Of a stretch of DNA of 64,000 bases, positions 9,568 to 21,023 are shown piece by piece (positions within the stretch are counted from its first letter, which is position 1; each line of letters starts with the position of its first letter). Under the pieces are notes generated by a model. The model was not told the DNA's origin. It made no database searches and saw nothing but the letters and a program-made list of their open reading frames with translations. The position numbers and the translations under genes were made by a program. The stretch is from Piscirickettsiaceae bacterium (GTDB taxonomy: Bacteria; Pseudomonadota; Gammaproteobacteria; Nitrosococcales; Methylophagaceae), in the NCBI GenBank assembly GCA_013215825.1, contig JABSQN010000006.1:37099-101098 (forward strand), given 5' to 3'.

Positions 9568-12321
9568 TTAAAGCAAAGAAGCCTTTTGCTGCTGTAACTG
9601 GCTTAAAGATTGTTCAAACTCAGTCAATTTATCACGTTCTTTCTGCACAACAGCAGCAGGTGCTTTGGCAACGTAGTTTTTATTGTTTAATTTTCCTGAA
9701 GATTGTTTGATGATCTTTTCTAATTTAGCAATTTCTTTATCAAGACGTTGGATCTCAGCATCTTTATCAATCAAACCTTCTAAGGGGATTAAGATCTCCA
9801 TTTTACCGACCAGTGCCGTTGCAGAAGCGGGTGCTTCACCTTCTAGTAATTCAATGGATTCGAGGTTAGCTAGGCGGCTTAGGAAGTCGTAATTGGTTTT
9901 TAAGCGTGTGTTATCAGAATCAGAAGAGCCTTTTAATAAAACAGGAAGTTGTTTTTTCGGTGGAATGTTCATTTGTGAACGAATAGACCGGATGCCGGTA
10001 ATAAACGCCATCATCCATTCCATATCAGCTACTGCAACTTCATCGATCTTACTTTCATCAGCAATCGGATAGGCTTGATTCATTATGCTTGCACCTGTTT
10101 TACCTGCTAATGGCGCCACTGTTTGCCAAATTTCTTCGGTGATAAACGGCATAATTGGATGAGTTAGGCGTAAGATCGCTTCTAAAACACGTACTAGCGT
10201 GCGACGTGTGCCGCGTTTAGCAGCATCAGAAGCGTGTTCATTATTAAGAACAGGTTTTGATAGTTCTAGATACCAGTCACAGTAGTTATTCCAAATAAAG
10301 TCATAAATACCTTGGGCTGCATGATCAAGACGGTAGCCATCAATAGCCGCTGTGACTTCTTTTTCAGTTGATTGTAGACGTGAGATGATCCAACGATCAG
10401 CTAAGCTTAATTCAACATCATCATTATCAAGTCCGTTATCTTGTCCTTCAGTATTCATTAGTACATAACGGGCTGCATTCCATAATTTATTACAGAAATT
10501 ACGATAACCACCAATACGATTCATATCAAAATTAATATCACGACCGGTAGAGGCGAGTGAGGCGAAAGTAAAACGTAGAGCGTCAGTACCGTGAGCTTCA
10601 ATCCCATCTGGAAATTCTTGTCGTGTTGCTTTTTCAATTTTTGGTGCATTTTTGGGCTGCATTAAACCAGTCGTACGTTTTTTGACTAAGGATTCAAGGT
10701 CAATACCGTCAATAATATCAATAGGGTCAAGTACATTACCTTTTGATTTCGACATTTTATGGCCATGAGAATCACGCACTAGACCATGAATATAAACTTC
10801 TTTAAATGGCACGTCGTCCATAAATTTCAGGCCCATCATCATCATTCTAGCTACCCAGAAGAAGATAATGTCAAAACCAGTCACCAGAACACTTGTTGGA
10901 TACCATGTTTTAACCGCATCAGTATTTTCAGGCCAACCTAAGGTTGAGAAAGGCCATAATGCCGACGAAAACCATGTATCGAGTACGTCTTCATCTTGTC
11001 TAAGTACAATATCATCAGTTAGATTATTCTCTGCACGAACAGCGGCTTCATCATGGGCAACATAGATATTACCTTGTTCGTCATACCATGCGGGGATACG
11101 GTGTCCCCACCAGATTTGACGTGAGATACACCAATCTTGAATGCCATCCATCCAGTTATAGAATGTTTTATCCCAGTTGCCTGGTACAAATTTAATTTTA
11201 CCTTCTTGCACGGCTTTAACCGCCGGGCCTGCTAGGGCATCAGCTTTGACATACCATTGGTCAGTTAATAATGGTTCAATAACAGCACCAGAGCGATCAC
11301 CACGTGGCACCATTAAAGTATGGTCTTTAATGCTATCTAGTAAACCTAAATCATCAAGGTCGCTAACGATTACCTTGCGGGCATCATAACGATCCAGACC
11401 ACGATATTTTTCTGGAGCCTCATCATTAATCGCTGCATCAATGGTCAGAATATTATATTTTGGCAAGTCATGACGTTGTCCCATTTCGGCATCGTTAAAG
11501 TCATGAGCCGGTGTGATTTTGACACAACCCGTACCGAATTCAGGATCGACGTAAGTATCGGCAATGATAGGGATTTCACGCCCAACTAAGGGGAGGGTAA
11601 TTGTTTTACCAATCAGATGTTGATAGCGTTCATCATCAGGATGAACCGCAACGGCACTATCACCGAGCATCGTTTCAGGACGGGTAGTAGCTACCACTAA
11701 ATGACCAGAACCATCTGTTAGCGGATAACGAAAATGCCACATATGTCCGGCTTCTTCTTCTGATAATACTTCTAAATCAGAAACGGCGGTATGTAAGACG
11801 GGATCCCAGTTTACTAGGCGTTTTCCACGATAAATAAGCCCTTCTTTATGAAGTTTTACAAAGACGTGTTTGACGGATTCAGAGAGTCCTTCATCCATTG
11901 TGAATTTATCTCGAGACCAATCTAAAGATGAGCCAAGACGACGTAATTGGCGAGTAATATTATTGCCAGATTCTTCTTTCCAATCCCAAATACGATCAAT
12001 AAAAGCATCACGGCCTAAATCATGGCGAGTTTTACCTTCGGCATTAAGTTGGCGTTCAACCACCATTTGCGTAGCAATACCAGCATGATCAGTGCCCGGT
12101 TGCCATAAGGTGTTATCACCTTTCATACGGTGATAACGGGTAAGCGTATCCATAATGGTGTTGTTAAAACCATGGCCCATATGCAGGCTACCAGTCACAT
12201 TGGGTGGTGGTAGCATGATGCTATAAGGTTCACCTTCACCTGACGGTTTAAACTCGCCATTTTGTTCCCAAGTTTGGTACCAACTTTGTTCTATTTCGTC
12301 GGGCTTGTATGTTTTTTCCAT
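9568..12321 (-). CDS. valS: Valyl-tRNA synthetase
   Basis: [13 protein letters not shown] (HIGH), KMSKSKGN (KMSKS), C-terminal coiled coil, 917 aa. Confidence 0.97.
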   Translation of the reverse strand: MEKTYKPDEIEQSWYQTWEQNGEFKPSGEGEPYSIMLPPPNVTGSLHMGHGFNNTIMDTLTRYHRMKGDNTLWQPGTDHAGIATQMVVERQLNAEGKTRHDLGRDAFIDRIWDWKEESGNNITRQLRRLGSSLDWSRDKFTMDEGLSESVKHVFVKLHKEGLIYRGKRLVNWDPVLHTAVSDLEVLSEEEAGHMWHFRYPLTDGSGHLVVATTRPETMLGDSAVAVHPDDERYQHLIGKTITLPLVGREIPIIADTYVDPEFGTGCVKITPAHDFNDAEMGQRHDLPKYNILTIDAAINDEAPEKYRGLDRYDARKVIVSDLDDLGLLDSIKDHTLMVPRGDRSGAVIEPLLTDQWYVKADALAGPAVKAVQEGKIKFVPGNWDKTFYNWMDGIQDWCISRQIWWGHRIPAWYDEQGNIYVAHDEAAVRAENNLTDDIVLRQDEDVLDTWFSSALWPFSTLGWPENTDAVKTWYPTSVLVTGFDIIFFWVARMMMMGLKFMDDVPFKEVYIHGLVRDSHGHKMSKSKGNVLDPIDIIDGIDLESLVKKRTTGLMQPKNAPKIEKATRQEFPDGIEAHGTDALRFTFASLASTGRDINFDMNRIGGYRNFCNKLWNAARYVLMNTEGQDNGLDNDDVELSLADRWIISRLQSTEKEVTAAIDGYRLDHAAQGIYDFIWNNYCDWYLELSKPVLNNEHASDAAKRGTRRTLVRVLEAILRLTHPIMPFITEEIWQTVAPLAGKTGASIMNQAYPIADESKIDEVAVADMEWMMAFITGIRSIRSQMNIPPKKQLPVLLKGSSDSDNTRLKTNYDFLSRLANLESIELLEGEAPASATALVGKMEILIPLEGLIDKDAEIQRLDKEIAKLEKIIKQSSGKLNNKNYVAKAPAAVVQKERDKLTEFEQSLSQLQQQKASLL

Positions 12322-12516
12322 GATGTTATTTTTAGCTTGAATTAGTCGAATAAGGTGTGCATTATACCGCGTAGTTGGCAGTATATGGACAAGGAATATC
12401 AGGATGATAAGTCATAGGATGAAGTTGTCGATAGCATCACAGTTTTCTATTGGTAAAATTGCTATCATTTAAAAGATGTGTCGAAAGATTACTCTGTTGC
12501 CTTGAATTGAGTTTAA

Positions 12517-15087
12517 GTGGAAAATAACAATAAAAAAATGTGTAATAAATTAAACGCGAAGACGGCGTTAGATCATGACGACCGTTATCGCCAGCTTGTA
12601 TCCAGCATGAATGATGTAGTTATTCAGCTTGGGAAAGATAAAACATGGTTATTTGTAAGCCCCATTTGGGAACAGCTATCTGGCTATCAGTCAGAAGCGA
12701 CATTGAATCAGCTAATCAGTGATTTTTTTCATCCCATAGATGCTGAAAATATTAAAAATGCGTTAACGTCTTTATTTAATAATCAGCAACAATCATGGAC
12801 AAGAGAAGTAAGGTTAAAAAAATCTGATCAACGACTACTCTGGGTTGAAATGTCGTTGTATATCAATGATGATGAGCAGTCAGGAAAAATAGTCAGTGGC
12901 ATTATAAAAGATATCCATATTGAACGTTTAAACCGAGATGTCAATCAACTGGTTCGAACAGCAGAACAGATGGTTTTATCATCCAGTTCTTCTGTTGCAG
13001 ATGTTTTGGAATTGGTAACTCAGGAGTTGGTTTATATATTAGGTGTGAAATTAGCTTGGGTGAAATTATGTCAAGATAATAAGGGGAAAATATTACATCA
13101 TTCTGGTCAACTCTCTGATTTCTTATTTGATAACAACACAATGTGGTCAGGACTTCATCATAAAGAGAGCCCTGTTATTGAGGCTGTAAATAAATATAGT
13201 GTTGTAAGAGTGTCTGAACAAAGCAAAGTGATTCCTCAGTGGCAGCAACGATTAGATAATGATGAGATAAAAGACAGTCTGTTTGTACCTTTTTATATCG
13301 GTGGCGATACTAAGGCCATTATTGGTTTGCATACTCACGAAGCAGGTATTTTCGATAGTGATGTGCAACAAATTATGGAAAATTTTGCGGCGGCTTTACG
13401 TTTAATCTGTCAAATAATAGAAGATCAGAAGTTGATGCGTTTGCATCGTGCTGCTGTTGAAAATACAGCGAATTCTATTCTGATTACGGATGATCAAGGA
13501 TATATTGAATGGGTGAATAACGCCTTCACCAAGATAACGAAATTCCATTTCGAGGATGTAGTAGGACAAAATACAAGAGTGCTCAAATCGGATAAAAATA
13601 AGCCGTTATTTGCTAAAGATATTTGGGATACGATTCAGTCAGGTGATGTTTGGGCCGGTGAGATTATTAATCAATGTAAGAATGGTGATTTGATCACGGT
13701 ATATCAAACAATAACACCGATAACTGATAATTTAGGTAATATTACTCATTATGTTGCTGTAAGTGAAGATATTACAGAGCGAAAAGCCGATCAAGAACGT
13801 ATTGCTTTTATGGCAACGCATGATGAGTTAACGAATTTACCTAATCGAAATTTATTGCATGACCGATTAGAACAAGCTATTGCACATGCGAAGCGTTACA
13901 ATTCGAAAATGGCAGTGTTATTCCTAGATATTGACCATTTTAAATTTATTAATGACTCGTTAGGACATCAGATCGGTGATGATTTACTGAAAGTATTAGC
14001 CCAGCGGTTAAAGACTGTTTTGCGTAATGAAGATACAGTTGCGCGTTTTGGTGGTGACGAGTTTGTGGTGATTTTACCTGAAATATCGACATTGGCTGAT
14101 ATCAAAAATGTAGCCAATAACTTATTGCATCAAATTAAAAAAACATACCATATTGGTGAGCATGAGTTAGTTGTTACTGGCAGTATTGGTATAAGTATTT
14201 ATCCTAGTGATGCAACGGATGCAGATGATTTAATTCAACATGCTGATTCTGCTATGTATTTGGCGAAAGAAAATGGGCGTAGTAATAGTCAATTCTATAC
14301 GTCTGAAATTAATGATAAAGTGATGCGTCGAATGACGATGGAAAAGGCCTTACGCAAAGCGATAGAAAATGAAGAACTGGTTTTACATTATCAACCAAAA
14401 GTGGATTTAAACACGAAGAAAATAGTAGGAATGGAAGCACTAGTTCGTTGGCAACATCCTGAACTCGGCTTGGTTTCACCAGTAGAATTTATTCCATTAG
14501 CTGAAGAAACAGGGCTTATCTTACCTTTGGGGGAATGGGTAATGATAACCGCATGTAAGCAAATGAAAGAATGGCAGCAGGATTACCCTGATTTAAGTAA
14601 TATGTCGATCAATGTTTCAGCGCTACAATTCTGGCAGAAAGATTTTGTTGAAACAGCAAAATATATTATTCAGCAAAGTGGTGTTTCGATAGAAAAAATA
14701 GAGTTTGAATTGACAGAAAGTGTGGTGATGAATGATATAGAGTCAGCGATTTCTACCATGGAAGAGCTTAAGAAATTTGGTATTGCATTAAGTATTGATG
14801 ATTTCGGTACTGGCTATTCTAGCCTTAGTTATTTGCAACGATTTCCTGTAGATGTTTTAAAAATAGATCGAAGTTTTATTATGGACTTACAACCAGAGAA
14901 ATCAAACTCAGCTATTATTCGCTCTATTCTTGCTTTAGCTGATAATTTTAATCTTCGAGTGGTTGCTGAAGGTATTGAAAACGACTATCAACACCAGACT
15001 TTAAGAGCATTAGGTTGTCATTATGGACAAGGATATTATTTTAGTCACCCTGAATGTGCGGATGATATTATAAAAAAATTAGCTTAA
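12517..15087 (+). CDS. PAS/GAF-sensor diguanylate cyclase/phosphodiesterase (GGDEF-EAL)
   Basis: Intact GGDEF (RFGGDEFVV), intact EAL (MEALVRWQHP), DDFGTGYSSL, and PAS-like segments upstream. Start is GTG 12517 or ATG 12538. Confidence 0.9.
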   Translation: MENNNKKMCNKLNAKTALDHDDRYRQLVSSMNDVVIQLGKDKTWLFVSPIWEQLSGYQSEATLNQLISDFFHPIDAENIKNALTSLFNNQQQSWTREVRLKKSDQRLLWVEMSLYINDDEQSGKIVSGIIKDIHIERLNRDVNQLVRTAEQMVLSSSSSVADVLELVTQELVYILGVKLAWVKLCQDNKGKILHHSGQLSDFLFDNNTMWSGLHHKESPVIEAVNKYSVVRVSEQSKVIPQWQQRLDNDEIKDSLFVPFYIGGDTKAIIGLHTHEAGIFDSDVQQIMENFAAALRLICQIIEDQKLMRLHRAAVENTANSILITDDQGYIEWVNNAFTKITKFHFEDVVGQNTRVLKSDKNKPLFAKDIWDTIQSGDVWAGEIINQCKNGDLITVYQTITPITDNLGNITHYVAVSEDITERKADQERIAFMATHDELTNLPNRNLLHDRLEQAIAHAKRYNSKMAVLFLDIDHFKFINDSLGHQIGDDLLKVLAQRLKTVLRNEDTVARFGGDEFVVILPEISTLADIKNVANNLLHQIKKTYHIGEHELVVTGSIGISIYPSDATDADDLIQHADSAMYLAKENGRSNSQFYTSEINDKVMRRMTMEKALRKAIENEELVLHYQPKVDLNTKKIVGMEALVRWQHPELGLVSPVEFIPLAEETGLILPLGEWVMITACKQMKEWQQDYPDLSNMSINVSALQFWQKDFVETAKYIIQQSGVSIEKIEFELTESVVMNDIESAISTMEELKKFGIALSIDDFGTGYSSLSYLQRFPVDVLKIDRSFIMDLQPEKSNSAIIRSILALADNFNLRVVAEGIENDYQHQTLRALGCHYGQGYYFSHPECADDIIKKLA

Positions 15088-15109
15088 TCTTACTACTTGC
15101 CCAGTGATT

Positions 15110-15541
15110 TTATATTTTATGTGTTTCTAGCTCATAACCGCGGTGTTTATAAAATTTATAACGATTGCGGCCATCCGCTTTGATTTTGTCATCATCATTA
15201 ACAAGCTCTGCCACCCGTTCAAATTGGCTGAAAAAATCAGGTTGTTCACCACTTGCAACGTTGATGAGTAGCTCCATTAAACGAGGGGGCTTATTGCCAG
15301 AGTGACCAATTAATATTTGATCTGGCTGATTTTTCTGCTCATTAATCCGTTGATGTGGGACAAAACTATCCGCACGAAATGACCACAATGCGTGATCAAG
15401 TTGTTGGGCCTGCTCCACATTTTCAGTATGAATATAGATGTGATTACCCATTTTAAATGCTTTTTCAGCTAAGCGGCAGGCAAAATTCTGCCGCTCCTGT
15501 TCTGCTGAGCCTTTTAATATATAAAAGCTAACCCGCGTCAT
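15110..15541 (-). CDS. holC: DNA polymerase III chi subunit
   Basis: 143 aa. The N-terminus (VSFYILK...) is typical of HolC, and the position next to pepA is conserved. Confidence 0.85.
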   Translation of the reverse strand: MTRVSFYILKGSAEQERQNFACRLAEKAFKMGNHIYIHTENVEQAQQLDHALWSFRADSFVPHQRINEQKNQPDQILIGHSGNKPPRLMELLINVASGEQPDFFSQFERVAELVNDDDKIKADGRNRYKFYKHRGYELETHKI

Positions 15542-15546
15542 CGTAC

Positions 15547-17034
15547 TTATTTATTCTCAATATGGTTCAATAAGAATTGAACTAATAGCGGAACGGGGCG
15601 ACCTGTTGCACCTTTAGCTTTGCCACTATTCCAAGCTGTACCCGCAATATCAAGATGCGCCCAGGTGAAATTTTCAGTAAAGCGAGATAGGAAACACGCT
15701 GCCGTGACACTACCTGCTTCTTTGCCGCCAATATTAGCAATATCAGCAAAGTTACTATCGAGTTGTTGTTGATAATCGTCCCATAAAGGTAGCTGCCATG
15801 TGCGATCATGACTATCATTGCCCGCTTTTAATAAGGCATCAGCTAAGTCTTGGTTATTCGCCATTAAGCCGGTTGCTTGGCTACCTAGTGCAACAATAAT
15901 TGCCCCGGTTAATGTCGCAATATCAATCACAATTTCAGGGTTAAAGCGTTCGCTATACGTGAGAGCATCACATAAAATCAAACGACCTTCAGCATCGGTA
16001 TTCAGGATCTCAATGGTTTTGCCCGCCATGCTGGTGACTACATCACCCGGTTTGTTGGCATCACCATCTGGCATGTTTTCTGAGCTAGGGATCACGGCAA
16101 CAACATTAATCGGCAAGTTTAATTCAGCAATAGCGATAATCGTACCAAATACGCTGGCAGAGCCACACATATCATATTTCATTTCATCCATGCCTTGTGA
16201 TGGCTTGAGTGAAATACCACCGGCATCAAAGGTAAGCCCTTTACCGACTAGTACAACAGGACGATCATCACCGGCCCCTTGATAATTCATAGTGATAAGT
16301 TTGGCAGGCTCACGGCTACCACGTGAAACAGATAATAATGAGCCCATACCTAGGGTTTGCATATCCGATTCTTCTAAGATAGTCGTGGTCACGGTATCAA
16401 AACGATTGCCGATTTCAATTGCTTGTTCAGCAAGATACGTTGGCGTACAAATATTGCCCGGTAAGTTACCTAATTCACGTGCTAGGTTCATACCATTAGC
16501 AATGGCAAGTCCTGTTTGTGAGGCAAGTTCCAGCGCATCACTATCATCTTGAGCGAAGAAGCCCAGTTTCTCAAGAGGTGATTTGACTGGTTTTACATCA
16601 CTTTTAGTTCGACTATATTTATACAGTGCCGTTTCAGCGGTGATCGCTGTTTGGCGTACTTTCCAGCTTGTTGAACGCTCATTAACAATAATTTCCGCCA
16701 GACAACTTGTGGCATCAGTTGCTCCAGATTCATTTAATACTTTCGTCATCGCAGTGATGGCACTATTAAAGTCTTTTTCATTGGTTTTATCTTTTTTACC
16801 GCAGCCCACGAGAAGTACTCTAGGGCTGGTTATACCGGCAACATCTTGCAGCAGTAATGTTTGTCCTGCTTTGCCGGACATATCACCACGTTCAATAATT
16901 TTATTAATGTAACCCTGACTTTGTTCATTAATAATCGTTGCACTCGGGCTTAATTCACCATCAGCAAAAATAGCGACGACAATACAATCAGATTCTTGTG
17001 TTATCGGGGTCTTAGTTGTGACAAAATACTGCAT
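15547..17034 (-). CDS. pepA: Leucyl aminopeptidase (M17)
   Basis: NTDAEGRLILCDAL and VGKGLTFDAGGISLKP motifs. Confidence 0.95.
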   Translation of the reverse strand: MQYFVTTKTPITQESDCIVVAIFADGELSPSATIINEQSQGYINKIIERGDMSGKAGQTLLLQDVAGITSPRVLLVGCGKKDKTNEKDFNSAITAMTKVLNESGATDATSCLAEIIVNERSTSWKVRQTAITAETALYKYSRTKSDVKPVKSPLEKLGFFAQDDSDALELASQTGLAIANGMNLARELGNLPGNICTPTYLAEQAIEIGNRFDTVTTTILEESDMQTLGMGSLLSVSRGSREPAKLITMNYQGAGDDRPVVLVGKGLTFDAGGISLKPSQGMDEMKYDMCGSASVFGTIIAIAELNLPINVVAVIPSSENMPDGDANKPGDVVTSMAGKTIEILNTDAEGRLILCDALTYSERFNPEIVIDIATLTGAIIVALGSQATGLMANNQDLADALLKAGNDSHDRTWQLPLWDDYQQQLDSNFADIANIGGKEAGSVTAACFLSRFTENFTWAHLDIAGTAWNSGKAKGATGRPVPLLVQFLLNHIENK

Positions 17035-17121
17035 TAATTTCTCCTAAACGTATAGATGATTTAGACTGCAAAGTTACATTATCTAAATAGATAACGCTAT
17101 TTTAACTAAGACCACATAATA

Positions 17122-18255
17122 ATGCCTGTAATTCGTCAGTTTTTTCGTTCTTATTTTTCGATTATCGATCGATATTTACTTCGTGAGTTTGCCGTAAATT
17201 TATTAGCGGTTACTAGCGTATTGTGGCTGATCTTCGTGGCAACGCGCTTTGCTCGCTATTTAGCACAAGCAGCAGTGGGTAATTTACCTAGTGATGTGAT
17301 CTTCACATTATTGGGATACAGCTCCTTAGGTGCATTATCAATCTTATTGCCCATGGCAACATTTTTAGCTGTTATGTTAGGCTTGGGTCGGATGAATGCG
17401 GATAATGAATTAACCATTATCTCGGTTTGCGGTATATCTAATCAACGACTTATACGTAATATTGTCTTGTTTTCAGGCACTATTGCTGTATTTGTTGCCA
17501 TATTGTCATTGTGGATTGTGCCTGACGTATTAAGTGGGCGCTATGAATTAGAGCAGCGTGCCAAAATGTCAGCAGATACCAGTGGTTTATTGGCGGGTAG
17601 CTTTAAAGAAAGCCGTAACGGTGATTGGACTTTTTATTCTGAAGGTTTAAGTGATGATAAACAAAGCATGGTCAATGTGTTTATCGAAATTAATCGTGAT
17701 GATAAACCACTTATTTTTCGTGCGGCAGAAGGACGATTTGATATTGATTCTGCAACGGGTAATAAGTATTTAGTACTGAGCGATGGCTTTCGATATGAAG
17801 GTAAAGCCGGAGAAATGGATTTTATTATTGCAGAATATGGCACTCATAGTTTTTTAATAGAAAAAGGTGAAAAGAAACAAGCTCGAGAACGGCAAAAATC
17901 CTTACCAACGCAATTTTTGTGGCAACGAGGTGAACCTCGAGATTTGGCTGAAATACAATGGCGTTTTTCGAGTGCCATTATGACTTTATTACTTTGCTTA
18001 TTAGCGATTAGTTTAGCTAAAACGGGACCAAGAAAAGGACGATATGCGGGTTTTTTCCCTGCAATACTAGTTTATATTATTTATAGTAATTTACTAGGTG
18101 TTACTCGAGCATGGGTTGCAAAAGGTATTATTGCACCATGGCTGGGCGCGATTTGGGTCCATTTATTGATTGTGATTTTATTAATGGTCATGTTAAACCG
18201 ACAAAAGATTCGCTATCACTGGCTACAATATCAACAATCTAAAGAGACTGCATAA
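17122..18255 (+). CDS. lptF: LPS export ABC permease LptF
   Basis: YjgP/YjgQ-type permease, divergent from pepA as in many gammaproteobacteria. IIDRYLLREF N-terminus. Confidence 0.9.
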   Translation: MPVIRQFFRSYFSIIDRYLLREFAVNLLAVTSVLWLIFVATRFARYLAQAAVGNLPSDVIFTLLGYSSLGALSILLPMATFLAVMLGLGRMNADNELTIISVCGISNQRLIRNIVLFSGTIAVFVAILSLWIVPDVLSGRYELEQRAKMSADTSGLLAGSFKESRNGDWTFYSEGLSDDKQSMVNVFIEINRDDKPLIFRAAEGRFDIDSATGNKYLVLSDGFRYEGKAGEMDFIIAEYGTHSFLIEKGEKKQARERQKSLPTQFLWQRGEPRDLAEIQWRFSSAIMTLLLCLLAISLAKTGPRKGRYAGFFPAILVYIIYSNLLGVTRAWVAKGIIAPWLGAIWVHLLIVILLMVMLNRQKIRYHWLQYQQSKETA

Positions 18256-19319
18256 TGGGATTGTTACAACGTTATATTGCAAAAACAATAATGATGAGTA
18301 CCTTATTGGTGCTTTTTATTCTATTGGGTTTATATACCTTTATGGACTTTATTGGCGAACTAGACGATCTTGGTAAAGGACAATACCAACTATCGACGAT
18401 TCTCTCTTATATGGCACTGTCTATGCCAAAACGTATTTATGAGCTATTACCCATTGCGGCATTATTAGGCAGTGTTTTAGGTCTTGGTAATTTAGCTAGC
18501 CAAAGTGAATTAGTCGCTATGCGGGCAGCTGGCGTGTCTGTTCAACAAATCAATAAAGCCGTTATGGTAGTTGCATTATGCTTAATGATTGTTGCCGTTT
18601 TTGTAGGGGAGGTTATCCGTCCTCCAGCCGAACAAAAAGCACGTGAAATACAATCTGTTGCTAAAACAGGTACGGTGGGTTCACGAAGCGATCATGGATT
18701 TTGGACGCGAGACGGCTTGCATTTTAATCATATCCGCCAAATTTTGCCTGATGGCCGTTTTGCTGATATTTCTATCTATGAATTTGATGTGAATAATCAG
18801 TTACGGATTATTACCAAAGCGAAAGAAGCTAAATACGATAATGGAAGCTGGACTTTGACAGATGTCGTACAAAGCACATTGGATGAGCGAGGTGTGCAGA
18901 TACGAACGGTAGAGCATGCACGCTGGAAATCGCAATTAAACCCAGGTATGGTAAACATTGTGGTTGTACCACCTGAATTTCTACCTGTTTGGAGTTTACT
19001 ATCGTATATCAACTATCTTGAAGATAACCATCAAGCAGCTGAACAATACAAAATGGCCTTCTGGATGAAGATAATGATGCCTATTAGCTCGGCGGTAATG
19101 GTGTTCTTAGCCGTTCCTTTCATATTCGGTCCACTACGCTCAACTCCTGTTGGCGGTCGAATCTTAGTGGGGACATTAGCAGGAATAGGATTTCATCTAT
19201 TTAATCAGAGCTTTCAGCATATCGGATTAGTATTTGGGGTCCTTCCATGGCTGTCGGCAGGTTTTCCGACATTTATTTTTGCTATATTGGGATGGTATTT
19301 AATGAGAAGGGTGCATTAA
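18255..19319 (+). CDS. lptG: LPS export ABC permease LptG
   Basis: Start overlaps the lptF stop (TAATG). YjgP/YjgQ family, LQRYIAKT N-terminus. Confidence 0.9.
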   Translation: MGLLQRYIAKTIMMSTLLVLFILLGLYTFMDFIGELDDLGKGQYQLSTILSYMALSMPKRIYELLPIAALLGSVLGLGNLASQSELVAMRAAGVSVQQINKAVMVVALCLMIVAVFVGEVIRPPAEQKAREIQSVAKTGTVGSRSDHGFWTRDGLHFNHIRQILPDGRFADISIYEFDVNNQLRIITKAKEAKYDNGSWTLTDVVQSTLDERGVQIRTVEHARWKSQLNPGMVNIVVVPPEFLPVWSLLSYINYLEDNHQAAEQYKMAFWMKIMMPISSAVMVFLAVPFIFGPLRSTPVGGRILVGTLAGIGFHLFNQSFQHIGLVFGVLPWLSAGFPTFIFAILGWYLMRRVH

Positions 19320-19341
19320 ATTTAGTTAAATTCGGTCAGTT

Positions 19342-19809
19342 TTGCCACATCGTTTAACGTTACCTTCGATTGAACGTGGCGAACAGCGGAGGCAGCATAA
19401 TGCCAAGTCATTTCAGCGAATTGATAAGGATGGTCGTCATGAGCGTGTCACCGATTTAGAGATACATGATCAAAGTTTAACGCGATTAATTGAAGCCCTC
19501 GATGTGGTGGGAAAATTCCATCGTAGCGTTAAAAATACAGAGACTAATGACACTGAAATTATCGGTGCGATTAAACGCATTGAGGCCTTTGGTGCCATTG
19601 TGTTGCAATCGGGCGGTGTGTTGGATTTGTCGTCAATTGATGATTTGCGATTAACCACTAAAGTCAATGCGCTTATTCGTGTGATCGGCAATATTCAGCA
19701 AACAGTTGATGGTGATGTTAATTCAACAGCCGGTGGCAAACATCATTTTGAAGCACCTAAAAGTTGGATAGGTTCAAGCAGTGAAAATGCACTTAGATTA
19801 ATGAGTTAA
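19342..19809 (+). CDS. Hypothetical protein, possibly a 5'-truncated fragment
   Basis: The open frame has no in-frame ATG near its start (the ORF track uses TTG 19342, 22 nt after the lptG stop) and no visible RBS. No motif recognised. Confidence 0.3.
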   Translation: MPHRLTLPSIERGEQRRQHNAKSFQRIDKDGRHERVTDLEIHDQSLTRLIEALDVVGKFHRSVKNTETNDTEIIGAIKRIEAFGAIVLQSGGVLDLSSIDDLRLTTKVNALIRVIGNIQQTVDGDVNSTAGGKHHFEAPKSWIGSSSENALRLMS

Positions 19810-19825
19810 ACCGCGCAGTTAGTGG

Positions 19826-20593
19826 TTGATTTGGCGGATATATTGGCAACACATACGCATCCTAATACATCGCAAATCACTCAAATTTGCAGGGCCGCAC
19901 TTGGCCACCGAGGTGGAGGGTGTTGTTAGTCAACATTTCGATATGCTTAACCATCTTGTTTGGCGTAAACCATCTGGTCGTCATAATGGCTGTTGTAAAG
20001 AAAGCCTCCGTCGTTATTTTCCACAAACAGAGCATATTTTATTTGCTGAAAGTCGCAAGCCGGTGCCGTTTGCGTATGACGCTATTTTGTCGTATTTGGA
20101 AGGTGAACGTTTAAAGGCAGGCATTAGTAGAAAAGCAATTGATAAAGCCTGTGGTTGCCAAATGTCTGGCCATTGGTTTGGACGTAGTCAGTTTTCGTTT
20201 CCTAGTGAACAGCATTACAACACGATGAACGCCTTGTTTGGATATACGCTTAAGCCTTATCTCGAATTGCAGGGGGAATATCGATATATACGAGAGCAGA
20301 GCAATAAAGCACGACGCACATTTAATGTGACAAAACACACGCCTTATACCAATGTGTGGGATTTTAAAGCGGTGGCGTTTTATGAAGGTAAACACCCATG
20401 TGAAAAACCTCTCGATTTAATGGAACACATTATCACCGCCAGTTCGATGCCTGGTGATCTTGTCCTGGACACATTTGTTGGGTCTGGCTCAACTGCTTTG
20501 GCTTGTATGAAAACTGGCCGACGGTTTGTTGGGTGTGAAATGGGGGAGTCTGAGTTTGATGGGGCTGTTGTGCGGATTGAAAATAATATGTAA
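19826..20593 (+). pseudogene. 5'-truncated beta-class N6A/N4C DNA methyltransferase
   Basis: C-terminal motif I region HPCEKPLDLMEHII...DLVLDTFVGSGSTALA...GRRFVGCE and the HLVWRKPSG segment are present. No DPPY/NPPY/SPPY catalytic motif occurs anywhere in the frame. A TAG stop lies 3 nt upstream (one TGG codon) of the TTG start. Confidence 0.7.
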
Positions 20594-20693
20594 TAGGTTT
20601 TGTGTGTAATTGTCGCCACTTGTATACAAAATTAATATAGAATGATGTTATTAATTTACGTTAGTTTTATGCCGTAAAGATGGAGTGTTAATT

Positions 20694-21023
20694 ATGACAA
20701 GAAAAGCCATGATGGGTTTTGTTGTTGATGACGAAGAAACAAAAATATTAAAGCGAAAGCGTATTGACATGAGACGTTTGATGCATGGCGTATCAATAAG
20801 CACCGTTGGTAAGGTTTATATTAACGCTTCTTCTGGTGATATGCGTAGAGAAGTAAGGCGAATAGCTAATGGTGATGGCCCAGTAAAACGGGCTGGAATG
20901 ATTGTTAGATATGTAAATCGAGAGCTGCTGCGCGAGTCAGGCAATACCGCCATGAGAAACAGCATGCTTCGTAAAAACAGACGAGAACGTAAAGACTCTG
21001 ATGATGAAATAGTGACAGCATGA
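20694..21023 (+). CDS. Hypothetical small basic protein (Arg/Lys-rich C-terminus)
   Basis: ATG at 20694 with a GGAG 8 nt upstream. 109 aa. Its stop overlaps the next start (ATGA). Confidence 0.5.
   Translation: MTRKAMMGFVVDDEETKILKRKRIDMRRLMHGVSISTVGKVYINASSGDMRREVRRIANGDGPVKRAGMIVRYVNRELLRESGNTAMRNSMLRKNRRERKDSDDEIVTA

Noticed and set aside
12363-12440. Possible fifth, degenerate copy of the MITE-like repeat upstream of the GGDEF-EAL gene (TATACCGCGTAGTTGGCAG...).
   Set aside because: Only the first 7 nt and a short AGTTG.CAG match the terminal repeat. No ATTCCC-N8-GGGAAT hairpin or CAACGATAG box is present. The match is too weak to call by eye.
15818-16912. Three plus-strand ORFs (154, 86 and 109 aa) inside and antisense to pepA.
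   Set aside because: They lie entirely within a confidently identified M17 aminopeptidase gene. Their translations are low-complexity (Ser/Ala/Pro/Ile-rich), typical of antisense shadow frames. No RBS or motif is present.
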